Translations under genes and position numbers: made by a program
NCBI GenBank assembly: GCA_000934665.2
Contig: JYFJ02001931.1
Span: 46,371-66,370 of the forward strand
Origin: Catajapyx aquilonaris
Taxonomy: Eukaryota
Direction: 5' to 3'
DNA: 20,000 bases
The notes under the pieces: model-generated
Database searches by the model: none
Seen by the model: the letters and a program-made list of their open reading frames with translations, nothing else
What the model was told of the DNA's origin: nothing
Shown here: positions 1-9,126 of the stretch, piece by piece
Numbering within the stretch: the stretch's first letter is position 1
How the letters are laid out: the number at the start of each line of letters is the position of its first letter

Positions 1-520
1 CCAATAAAAATTGCTATTTTAACCAAGAATGGATCTCACATTTTAAAGTCGCGTCGGCCTATGACTTTACAATAATTGAGTTAATTATAATCGTTTTATT
101 ATAATTCAGACAGAAGCAAACATCAGTTATCTTGTCGATTTGCGTGGAAGAAATCCTTATGGATAATTTATTTGAGCCAACTTACAATTTACACCATGGT
201 GAACATGCATATTAAATTAAACTATACCATATCATTGGCAATATCCTCGTACCTTATTTCTCAAGAAATCTGCATGTGAAAAACCCTGCACCCCTGAAAT
301 TAACCTGTGGTGATGTGATTACTATCTTGCGTTATTTTCCATGAGCGCAATGTACAAGTATAAGGAATTTCCGATTCACCTTAATCGGCTTAATAAATAA
401 TCATGGATGTTGCAAGTTGCGTCAATAATACAGCTGCCATTGCATTACCAAGAACATGAAACGTGTATGTGGTGGCCTTTATGATTGAGTACTTCAATAA
501 TCCCCATGCAACCAAAATCA

Positions 521-2086
521 ACGTTTTTTCTGTCCATGGAAATTCATCGCTTTTTCCATGTTCCTTAGGTCACTCGTAACTCATAATGACCATTCATTTT
601 GCCTGGGATTTGTTTTTGACCTCGGGGCAGTCAAAAAACCAAAATTTTCAAATACAGGGTGTTCATGAAAAACACCGACACACCTATATCACCCCCGACC
701 TAGGGACCAGACGATCACATTATGTAGATGAGTGATTATTCCTGGGCCGCCTCATTACGGCGCAAATTCCTTCAAACAGGTAGTATAAAATATCCTGGAA
801 GTTAGGCGACCCAACGAACCCTTCCCCAGTCAGAAGGGTCTGGAAGGTCTGGGGGCCGAACTTTGTTGGTTTGTTGCCCACATGTGGTAAGGCCTCTATG
901 GCTAGTTACACCTGTAAATTCTATTTAAAAGTCAGAAGGAGCGATTAGGCAAAAATCGCTAATCAGTAACGAGTCAATTATCTCAGTAATGAGGCGGTGT
1001 AGACATAATGACTCCTCTACATAAAATGACCCTCACGTTACCATTGGCCACTGGTTATCAGTTTGTCGGTGTTTTTCATGAACACCCTGTATAGTGGTTT
1101 TTCCCAATCAAGTGAGCCTAAATGCTACTAGACATTTCGGATTTTGCTGAAAAAAATCACAGCTGTACACACCTATGGGATAACTCTGCACATCAAGTTT
1201 CAGCCAAATTGCGAAATACCGCGGGGAGAGAAGAACCTTTTTTGGATAATTTATTTTGGTTAGTAGAAGTGGTCACACCCCAATCAACATATCAGTATAT
1301 CAAATGAAATGGAAGCACGAGGAGAATGCGCCCATGGTATTTGTTTTCCTCAAAAATGTACCCAGAAAAACTTGTGTGGTATTCCCTCGGTCACATGCAC
1401 AGCACCATGTCCAAGTATTTAGACTCCAACAATATAGTCATGTATTTGCATAAGAGCAGCCATATTTGGTGACAGGAGTTGTGACCCATACAAGATTTAA
1501 TAGGTTGGGTTTCAAGCCTGGGTCATGCATGGGTCGCGAGAAAATAATAGATATGTTTTTCAGATATACCATTAGTTTTCAAGGACCCAAATTCTTGGAC
1601 ATGTGACCGATCGAATGCCACACACTTTTTTCTGGTTACATTTAAGAGGAAATCAAATTTAATAGGCACATTCTTCTCGTGTTTCTCTTTCATTGGATGT
1701 ATAATTATGTTGATTGGGTTTTGATCATTTCCACTAACCGGAAAAAATTATCCAAAAAAAGGCAGTTTCCAAAATGTCGCGATTTTTTCCCTCCCCACAG
1801 TATTTCTCAATTTGGCTGAAACTTGATAATATGCAGTGTTATGGCATAGGTGTGTATAGATCTGTGATTTTGTTCAGCAAAATCCGAGATGGTCTAGCAT
1901 CATTTAGGCCCACTTGATTGGGACAAACCCCTAGCTATATTTGAGGACTTTTGTTTTTTGCCTGCCCCGAGGTCAAAAACAAATCGAAGACAAAATGAAT
2001 GGTAGGCCTAATTATGAGTTGCGAGTGCCCTAAGGAACATGGAAATAGCGATGAATTTCCACGAACAAATATCGTGATGCATAGTG
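521..2086. mobile_element. Long palindromic (fold-back) non-autonomous DNA transposon, interrupted by a MITE
   Basis: Left arm ~521-1490 (minus the insert at 655-1089) is the diverged reverse complement of ~1525-2075, e.g. ggaaattcatcgct..ccatgttccttagg / cctaaggaacatgg..agcgatgaatttcc and atcaagtttcagccaaattg / caatttggctgaaacttgat. The right end reads CACTATG on the minus strand (Transib-like terminus, tentative). The left terminus is degenerate. Confidence 0.8.
655..1089. mobile_element. Tc1/mariner-type MITE, copy 1 (435 bp)
   Basis: Perfect TIR CAGGGTGTTCATGAAAAACACCGACA with TA on both sides; the empty TA site is visible in the opposite arm of the host palindrome. Confidence 0.93.
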
Positions 2087-2406
2087 TATACAGTACAGTA
2101 TAATTATTGCAACCCTATAAAGGAATGTTTGAACCGGTTTGAACAAATATCTCAAAAGACCTAACGTCGCGGCGTCTAAAAATTTGAAATCTTCACATAT
2201 CAAAATCACTCAAATACGAATATGATCGATATGATCTTTGTAAATGACTTCTTTTGGCGGCGGGATGACCTATTAGTTAGTAACATCACCTATAATAAAT
2301 TGTATTCATTTGCATTGCTGAAGCAAGTACCATGCTCTAGAATCGAGTCACCCTATACTCCTAATATTATGGATTAATTATATGTATGTGTCTTTTGTAT
2401 TGTCAG

Positions 2407-2616
2407 GATTTTGTGGTTCGGCTGCTGTATGGCTGCAGTTACAGGGGCCATCCTTTTCGTACTTCCCGTGTTCCAGAGGTACATGGACTACAGGATCATC
2501 ACTTCTGTGGAGTCAACTAGCACCCCCATATGGGACGTCCCTTTCCCAGGGGTCACAATATGCAACATCAATCGTGCCATGGCGAATCTGATTGACGAGA
2601 GAGCCAAAGTTCCTCC
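2407..2616 (+). CDS. ppk: ppk A exon 2 (TM1 + FPGVTICN)
   Basis: tgtcag|G ATT TTG TGG; only phase-compatible donor is CC|gtaata (weak). Confidence 0.88.
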
Positions 2617-5600
2617 GTAATACATCACATCATTATTGAATTACTGCCTTAATGCTACAGCAAAGTAACATTTCTTGTGCAAAATGCATAAGAGGTCAAT
2701 GCAGTGAAACCTGGCTATAGCACAGTAGCTTCACTATATGCAAAAAAAGAGAGAAAAAACCACTAATTTTCTGCATCAGACAGAAATTTACAATCCTCAC
2801 AGTCAGACGGGCCCTAACAAAAAATGTTCGGTGAATGGCAAGTTTTAGCAGAATCCAGGGTACTTTGCAGATAGGTTTCACTGTATTAAATCATCTGTGC
2901 CATATCAGGGTAGGATCCAGAGAGAACTTTTGGGGAAGGAACTATTTTGAAAATTAATATAAAAAACTCGTCTTCAAAACGCACAACGCGTTCTGGACTA
3001 AAATTAAAATGCCAAAACGCGAATTTCGTGTTGGGACTAGTTCAGAAAAGGAAATTAATCGTTTGTTGCTTGGCAAATAATTGTTGAAAGGAAGGGCAGA
3101 AATGAATTTTTGCGCCGTTAGAAAAATGCGCGGTTCCTTTGAAATTTGTGTCATTGGTTGACTGGGGGGAGGGGGGAGGGAGGAAGTCCCATATTCCCCC
3201 CTGTGGATCCGTCCCTGGCCATATACTTGTAATTATTACTGAACTACCAAAATAATGTAGTGACGAAAGTATAATTTTGCTCAAATATCACATCAGGGGT
3301 GTCTATTTTTGTCTCCAGGGGAAACAGAAGCATTGAGAACGTATAAGGTGATAAAGGTTTGCTTCACACGTGCCTGTTTCTCCTCAAGGCAGAAAAATAC
3401 AGTTTCAATGTGATTCCGCCCAGTTTTATCAGGCTCAGTATGACTGCATGTCGGTCGTAGAGTAACACATTGTTACTGTACTTTTCCAGTTGGAAATATT
3501 ACAAGAAAGAGCATTTCGGCAATGCCATCAGGCTCTTGAGTGTGTTAGGTCAAATAACACTCAAATCAAGCGCAGATGCTGACAAAGATGTGACACGCCT
3601 TCTGGACAGAAAAGCAAACTACACAGATGAATTGATGACGAATGTAAGTTATTAGTTTTAAAACCCCGTCTAGAGTTTTTAAATATAGTGTAGCTTAGGG
3701 CTCATCCTGAGGAAACCGTTCACTTTAGAGACGCCCACTACTATCTTGGACGAAATTGTTAGCAAAATTAAATTGTACTGTAGGCCTATATAACAAAATG
3801 GAAAATTTAACAAACCCCGGCGCACAGACTCACGCGCACTCATGCACAACCATTGCGTCATTACCCTAGACAAGAGAGGTATACGGTCAAGTATACGGTA
3901 GTAAGCGATGAATAGGAGGCACAAGTCAAACACTCATTCAATACACGACATGTGGTCCAGTACCCAACACTTTTAAAAAATGATTGTATCATCGACCGTT
4001 GATGTCAATATATTGTCTCAATGCGCAATTTTCCATAGGAAATGCATTGAAATTCCGAGTTGGAATAGATGATTCAATTATGCTTAATATAGGGTGTTTA
4101 AGAGGAAAGTCCCACATTTGAGCACGGCCTATTTAAAAAGCTTCCCACTTAAACACCATGTATTATCAGCGACTACTTTTGATGCCTTCTAAAAGTAACT
4201 ATTCAAAAGTAACTGCTTAAAAATAAGAACCTACTGCCAAAAAAAAATTTGCGAATAAATAAGATAACACGTCATAAGATAAAAATGCAGGGGGAGGTGT
4301 AGATGGCCGAGATGGTAACGTCTCGGCTTGCTGAGTGAAAGACCCCAGGTTCGATCCCCGCCTGGGGAACTTTCCTTTCACCTGCGTCAGGAGGGTCTCT
4401 GACCTGCACCGTCTGGCAACCTAACCTCCTGGGGAACAGCACAAGACCCCTTTACCGACATTACACTTGCACCTATGTTCCCTCCCCAAAAATCCCTTTC
4501 CTTACCCCATGTCCTTTCATCCTTGCACCGGAGTTAGAAGAAAAAGCAGAAAATTGCAGGAAAATTGTGGTATTCCGCTCCCCTATAAGGGCATATGGCC
4601 CTATCACGGGGTAACGTAAAAAAAAGTCAAAAATGCAGTAAATATCATTTTCGGGGAAAAACAAAGCTACATGCCCGCATAAATGTGGCCCTTTAATTAG
4701 CTGAGTTATAAATACGGGAAAGAAATGCGCTTATGTTATGATGGGGCTCTTAACAGGTTATTCAACCGTTGGAGAGAATGATTCTTAAATGCATTTGGTT
4801 GGGTGAAGCAGTGAACTGCAGTGACCTGTTCGAAATACGACGCACGGACGAAGGATTTTGCTGGGGATTTAATACCAAACCCATGAAGTCACCGCGAGCT
4901 ACGGAGGTGTAAGTGCCAGCTCCGTTGCAACTATTGTACAGTGTTGGACATTAACGGCGTCATGCTGCTTGCGACATTTTCTGATGCGGCAGAAGTGCAA
5001 ATCGAAGTGATCGAGTGTGAGCCGTGCGAGTAAGAAGAGGTAGGCCTTGAGTGACGTCACCGGCTGGGGGACAATGGAGAAGAGGCTTGTCCCCATTTCT
5101 TACTCGCACAGCTCGCACTCTAGCACTTCGATTTGCACGCCTGCCGCATCGGAAAATGTCACTAGCAGTATGACGGAATTAATGTCCTGCATTGTACCTT
5201 ACAGCATGTTACAAAATGCTACTGAGATAATTATGTACACATTATTTTTCTTTTTAATGTATAGTGACAGTGACTTCAGTTCCACTTACGGAAACGAAAA
5301 CGATACAGCATATGCTGACAGCTACGAGGCAAGTGCATCCGCAGAAGATATCGCATACGATCATAATCTAACCAATAAGATCAGAAGGGTCAATGGAGCA
5401 GGACCAATAATGGGGCTTACTGTCCTGCTCAACCCTGATTCGCAGTATTATTTCTATCCGCCAATTGCAGTAACTGGATTCAAGGTCAGTACAACATAAT
5501 TATGTTCTCAGTAATACCGGTATGGTGGGTAAGTAGGGGAAGTCTTTGGATGTCCTTTACTCGTATTATGGCTTGCTCTCTGATAACTTCCGCTCACAAT

Positions 5601-7160
5601 GCAATAGATGAATCTTCGAATATTGACTGTGAACCGTTGTGATCACCTTTAAGTGGCACTGTCTTAGTTAGTGCCTGCTAAGACTTGTGTGCCTTGTGTT
5701 TCAGGTTCTGATCCACCACCCTATGGATTTTCCAAGTGTGTCATCTAAGTCATTTCTGGTGTCGGCGGGTCGTGAAGTCTTTGCCGCCGTGACCCCGACG
5801 CAAACATACAGTACTGACCAAGTCAAGGAAATTCCAAGAAACAAACGAGATTGTTACTTAGAGCATGACTTGGCTCTCAAGTATTACACGGCGTACAGCT
5901 ACAGAAACTGTCTGCTCGAATGCCAGATTGCATCCATGAAGAGGAACTGCCAATGCGTGCCATATCTGTTCTCCCTACTAAGTACGTTTGAAATAAGGTC
6001 TGGTTGAATCAACTCAAATTAGTGAGAAAAATCAGCTTATGCATATACCTTAGGTAGTAGGTCACAATGTGCATATAACCAGCCCATCACAGAAGGGTAG
6101 TGGCTGACACGTCTAGGTATCGATGTTGCTAGCTAAAATTCACATTTGGTAACACATTGTGTGTATGTACCTACATTACAATCATATCAAGACATGAAAT
6201 GCTGAATGATCAGGCAGATTTTGATGTAAGTTGAGTTATGAATTGTAGAATGTCAGCCTATTTGCTAGGACTACTAAATATTTCTGTAGAAAGTACAGTA
6301 CGTAGCTACCTGTGCATGTTCGGAGATTTTTCATCATTTGTTGGATACAACGGGCCCTTACAGAGATAATAATATGTTATTTTATCCTATATCTTCAGAT
6401 AATACAAAAGTGTGCAACTACAGCGGCGTGCTCTGCATCAACAGGAATATGAGTAAGAGTCATTTTTGAAAAATTGCTATTCCCAAACTAACGTCTAAAT
6501 TTCCAGGAAGATTTTCTTCAATCCAACCAAAATCGCCTGTACTTGGATTGAACACGAGCGTGAAGTCTATGAAGGGTTGTAAATGCAAGTCAAGTTGCGA
6601 TGAAACTACATATTTTACTGAAGTGACAACAGCGCTATACCCAAACAAACCCGACGAAATTCAGCTGCCTCCCGATGTAGAGGATGTTAATACGTAAGAA
6701 CATATTAAAATACTGTACTACACTCATATCAAAAAATGTTTCACCTTACTAGAGTTGTGTTGGTTGTATAACGTCAGAATACGTTTGTCCGAAGCTATCA
6801 ACATGGGGTTACTTACAGATGAGCACTCTTTTTCTTACACTTTCAGGTACGAGTTGGTACTCATGAGAGTATTTTTCAAAGATATGTCCTTTATTACATA
6901 TCGTCGAGATCTTTACTACAAATGGACAGATGTCATTTGTAAGTGTAGCAGTTTTTAAGGGTCGTAAACACTACATGTGTCAGATTTCAACAAGGATCAT
7001 CTGTTGGATATATCACATAATAACTACATTCTTTTCAGCTGCATTTGGTGGAGTAGTCAATCTCTTCATCGGATTCAGTTTCATCAGTGTGGCGGAACTG
7101 ATCTACTTTTTTATTGTGAGACCTTTGTTTCGTCGACTTATGGCTAAGCGATTTCCATAG
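2407..7160 (+). CDS. ppk: Pickpocket/DEG-ENaC (amiloride-sensitive sodium channel family) paralogue A, 5'-partial; exons 2407-2616, 3490-3643, 4757-4908, 5265-5484, 5705-5981, 6399-6452, 6507-6693, 6847-6938, 7039-7160
   Basis: Exons joined at GT-AG sites give 1468 nt (1 nt + 489 codons incl. TAG) with no internal stop. Motifs: TM1, PFPGVTICN, CIWLGEAVNC..F, TDEGFCWGFN, GLTVLL, GFKVLIHHP, Cys-rich thumb (YSYRNCLLEC..CQCVPY..C..C..CKCKSSC), TM2 GGVVNLFIGFSFISVAELIYF. No HG-motif exon 1 was found in 1-2406. The symbol is family-level only. Confidence 0.93.
2702..2883. mobile_element. pogo/Tigger-like MITE
   Basis: TIR CAGTGAAACCT...AGGTTTCACTG; TA on the right, TG on the left. Confidence 0.55.
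2906..3217. mobile_element. Non-autonomous TIR element (hAT-like termini)
   Basis: CAGGGTAGGATCCAG ... TGGATCCGTCCCTG, flanked by direct repeat GCCATAT (2899-2905, 3218-3224). Confidence 0.75.
3490..3643 (+). CDS. ppk: ppk A exon 3 (finger region)
   Basis: ttccag|T TGG ... AAT|gtaagt; aligns with B exon 3 (LLSVLGQ/LLSALGQ). Confidence 0.88.
4090..4160. mobile_element. Minimal mariner-type MITE remnant (71 bp)
   Basis: ta-tagggtgtttaagaggaaag ... cttcccacttaaacaccatg-ta imperfect TIR. Confidence 0.45.
4291..4628 (+). mobile_element. tRNA-derived SINE (~338 bp)
   Basis: Pol III A box TGGCCGAGATGG (4304-4315), B box GGTTCGATCCC (4348-4358), A-rich tail, 10-bp TSD AAAAATGCAG (4281-4290 / 4629-4638). 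Confidence 0.85.
4757..4908 (+). CDS. ppk: ppk A exon 4 (not in ORF track)
   Basis: aacag|VIQPLERMILKCIWLGEAVNCSDLFEIRRTDEGFCWGFNTKPMKSPRATE..|gtaagt; 152 nt as in B. Confidence 0.92.
4939..5194. mobile_element. Tc1-type hairpin MITE in ppk A intron 4
   Basis: TA-CAGTGTTGGACATTAA ... TTAATGTCCTGCATTG-TA; ~100-bp inverted arms (4939-5037 / 5096-5194). Confidence 0.85.
5265..5484 (+). CDS. ppk: ppk A exon 5
   Basis: Acceptor TAG 5262-5264 (in-frame alternative CAG 5268-5270); RRVNGAGPIMGLTVLL...GFK|gtcagt. Confidence 0.87.
5705..5981 (+). CDS. ppk: ppk A exon 6
   Basis: tttcag|VLIHHP...CVPYLFSLL a|gtacgt; 277 nt as in B. Confidence 0.93.
6399..6452 (+). CDS. ppk: ppk A exon 7 (54 nt)
   Basis: cttcag|..NTKVCNYSGVLCINRNM a|gtaaga. 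Confidence 0.88.
   Translation: MIQKCATTAACSASTGI
6507..6693 (+). CDS. ppk: ppk A exon 8
   Basis: ttccag|..RFSSIQPK...GCKCKSSCDETTYFTEVT...ac|gtaaga; 187 nt as in B. Confidence 0.9.
6847..6938 (+). CDS. ppk: ppk A exon 9
   Basis: tttcag|..YELVLMRVFFKDMSFITYRRDLYYKWTDVI t|gtaagt. Confidence 0.92.
7039..7160 (+). CDS. ppk: ppk A exon 10 (TM2, stop)
   Basis: tttcag|..AFGGVVNLFIGFSFISVAELIYFFIVRPLFRRLMAKRFP*. Confidence 0.92.
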
Positions 7161-7449
7161 CACAATGTTATTCAACAACAGCTGTAGACGGAGTCAGTGT
7201 ATACAGTAATCTTATTATTCACATTGGATGCAATCTCGTATGAGACTATGTTTGTGATTTTCGACCTGGTGCACAAAATGACAGTGTGACATCATAATAT
7301 CTTGTCCACACCAAAAACACAAAAATTATGAATTATGAAAATGAAATGAAAAATTGGGATATCTCTTTTAGCTAGCGATTTTCAAGAGATTTTTCGCATT
7401 TAGCTTATTAATAATTCATCAAGCAGCAATATTTTGGATTATCTTAATA

Positions 7450-7750
7450 CAGGGTCATTGAAAAAGAACGTCCCAATTAAAAAACCCTATAAGTCGAAAA
7501 CTTTTAGATATATCTATATTATTTAAATTTTGAAATGCTAAGAAATGTCTAAAGTTTGCGTCTCACCTTAGTTTGTTTCGATGAGCTTCATTTGTTGCTC
7601 GCAGATTAAAAAGATGGTATTCGGTCTCGAGCCAAACCCGCACAATCATATTTGGAGTTACCGTTGCGATCCTATCCCGTAGGTGCTGGAATATGACTGG
7701 TCTTTACACCACACACATTGTTCTTGATGATGCACATAAAAAGTCGACTC
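7450..7750 (-). pseudogene. 3' end of Tc1/mariner-superfamily transposase with terminus
   Basis: Minus strand, with frameshifts: VDFLC..IKNNV..QHLRDRIATVTPNMIVRVWLETEYHLFNLRATNEAH, like the DFFLWG..K..VY..LR.RI..VTP.M..W.E.EY.L..RATNG.H C-terminus; ends in GACCCTG-TA at 7450. Confidence 0.7.
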
Positions 7751-7802
7751 ATCCATGAAACAAACATGCCGCATAGGAAAGCTTAATTTGTTCAGCATCC
7801 TA

Positions 7803-7948
7803 GTGTGCGAAGTCTTGAATGAGAAGTTTCCCAATGCCTAGCAGCCCCAGAAGCCCAGCTCTTACCCGCGATTGACTTTTTTGTCGTACATGAATGGTGG
7901 AAATATCCGGCAGATCCAGCACACACGGGATAAGATTTCAACGGTAAC
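7803..7948 (+). pseudogene. Second fragment of the same transposase family, opposite strand
   Basis: VCEVLNEKFPN*..PRSPALT..IDFF..IRQIQHTRDKISTVT, matching the LNEKFPNRW..PPRSPDLTPLDFF motif. Confidence 0.65.
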
Positions 7949-8016
7949 AATATTAGCTGCTGTTATTAGGTAAAATAGGCACATAATTTTAAAGCAATGA
8001 GGGATAATCTGGCATG

Positions 8017-8170
8017 AAAGAAATGGAATCAGATATTTTCCTCGGATGATAACGGGTCAAATGGATCATTTTCACTTGCAATATATCAGGTTGGGAAAGA
8101 ATCGAAATAAATTAGCTATACTCTCTGGAAAACATCTATTTTGCTTGGGCTGCTACGATTTTTGGTTCAC
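8017..8170 (+). pseudogene. Possible degenerate Tc3-like transposase fragment
   Basis: KKWNQIFSSDD-NGSNG...GKESK*IS...SIL/WAA loosely resembles W..VIFSDE..DGPDG..RKEPK..SVMVWAA. Confidence 0.35.
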
Positions 8171-8548
8171 AAACACATGATAGTACCTAGGAGAAAAGTG
8201 AAAGACAAACGGAAAACTGTTTCTGAGATAGAACAAAGGGCTGCGAATTAAAATTTTTCATGATTCAAATGGCCACATAAGGCGGTATTAATATGCAATA
8301 ATTACTAGTACCGTATTTCAATTATTATGGCTTGGTAGATGACAACGTATCACACTACTACGTTACCATGCACCGCAGACTTTAAAAAGTTGTAGAATGT
8401 ATGTATCATACAGTACCGATCGGAGACTTGTGTAGCTAAAAAATAAATTTTTTGTTAAACCTGTAACCAGCATGTCCTTTCTTTCTTTATCCTTAATAAA
8501 ATCCACTCTAGCCTGAAGGTTGTATAAGCAGTCAAACATGGGCCAAGG

Positions 8549-8600
8549 CAACAGCAGCAGCAGCAGCAGCAGCAACAACAACAACAACAATAATAATAAT
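8549..8600. repeat. Compound microsatellite (CAG)n(CAA)n(TAA)n
   Basis: Direct reading. Confidence 0.95.
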
Positions 8601-8690
8601 GCCTAAATTTTGTGTCACGATGTACGTACTTGCATCGAGACTTGCATGGTATCAGTAGGTCTACCGTATGGAAAAGCAAAGTTATATATA

Positions 8691-9126
8691 CAGGGTGTTC
8701 ATGAAAAACACCGACAAACTGATAACCAGTGGCCAATGATAATGTGGGGGTCATTTTATGTAGAGGAGTCATTATGTCTACACCGCCTCATTACTGAGAT
8801 AATTGACTCGTTGCTGATTAGCAATTTTTGCCTAATCGCTCCTTCTGACTTTTAAATAGAATTTACAGGTGTAACTAGCCATAGACGCCTTACCACCTGT
8901 GGGCAACAAACCAACAAAGTTCGGCCCCCAGACCTTCCAGACCCTTCTGACTGGGGAAGGGTTCGTTGGGTGGCCTAACTTCCAGGATATTTTATTCTAC
9001 CTGTTTGAAGGCAATTTGCGCGGTAATGAGGCGGCCCAGGAATAATCACTCCTCTACATAATGTGATCGTCTGGTCCCTAGGTCGGAGGTGATATAGATG
9101 TGTCGGTGTTTTTCATGAACACCCTG
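8691..9126. mobile_element. Tc1/mariner-type MITE, copy 2 (436 bp), inverted relative to copy 1
   Basis: Same TIRs and TA TSD; internal sequence is a near-identical reverse complement of 655-1089. Confidence 0.93.

Noticed and set aside
4291..4365. Functional tRNA gene
   Set aside because: Acceptor and anticodon stems pair poorly, and it is embedded in a TSD-flanked, A-tailed unit, so a SINE head is more likely
5047..5264. N-terminal half of the 150-aa ORF
   Set aside because: It lies in intron 4 and largely within a hairpin MITE; only 5265-5484 aligns with paralogue B
6453..6506. 54-nt (3n) intron as an in-frame retained segment; likewise the 60-nt intron 17797-17856
   Set aside because: Both contain in-frame stop codons
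8363..8855. Poly-Leu / poly-Cys ORFs resembling signal peptides or metallothioneins
   Set aside because: Translations of the CAG/CAA/TAA microsatellite and the adjacent MITE
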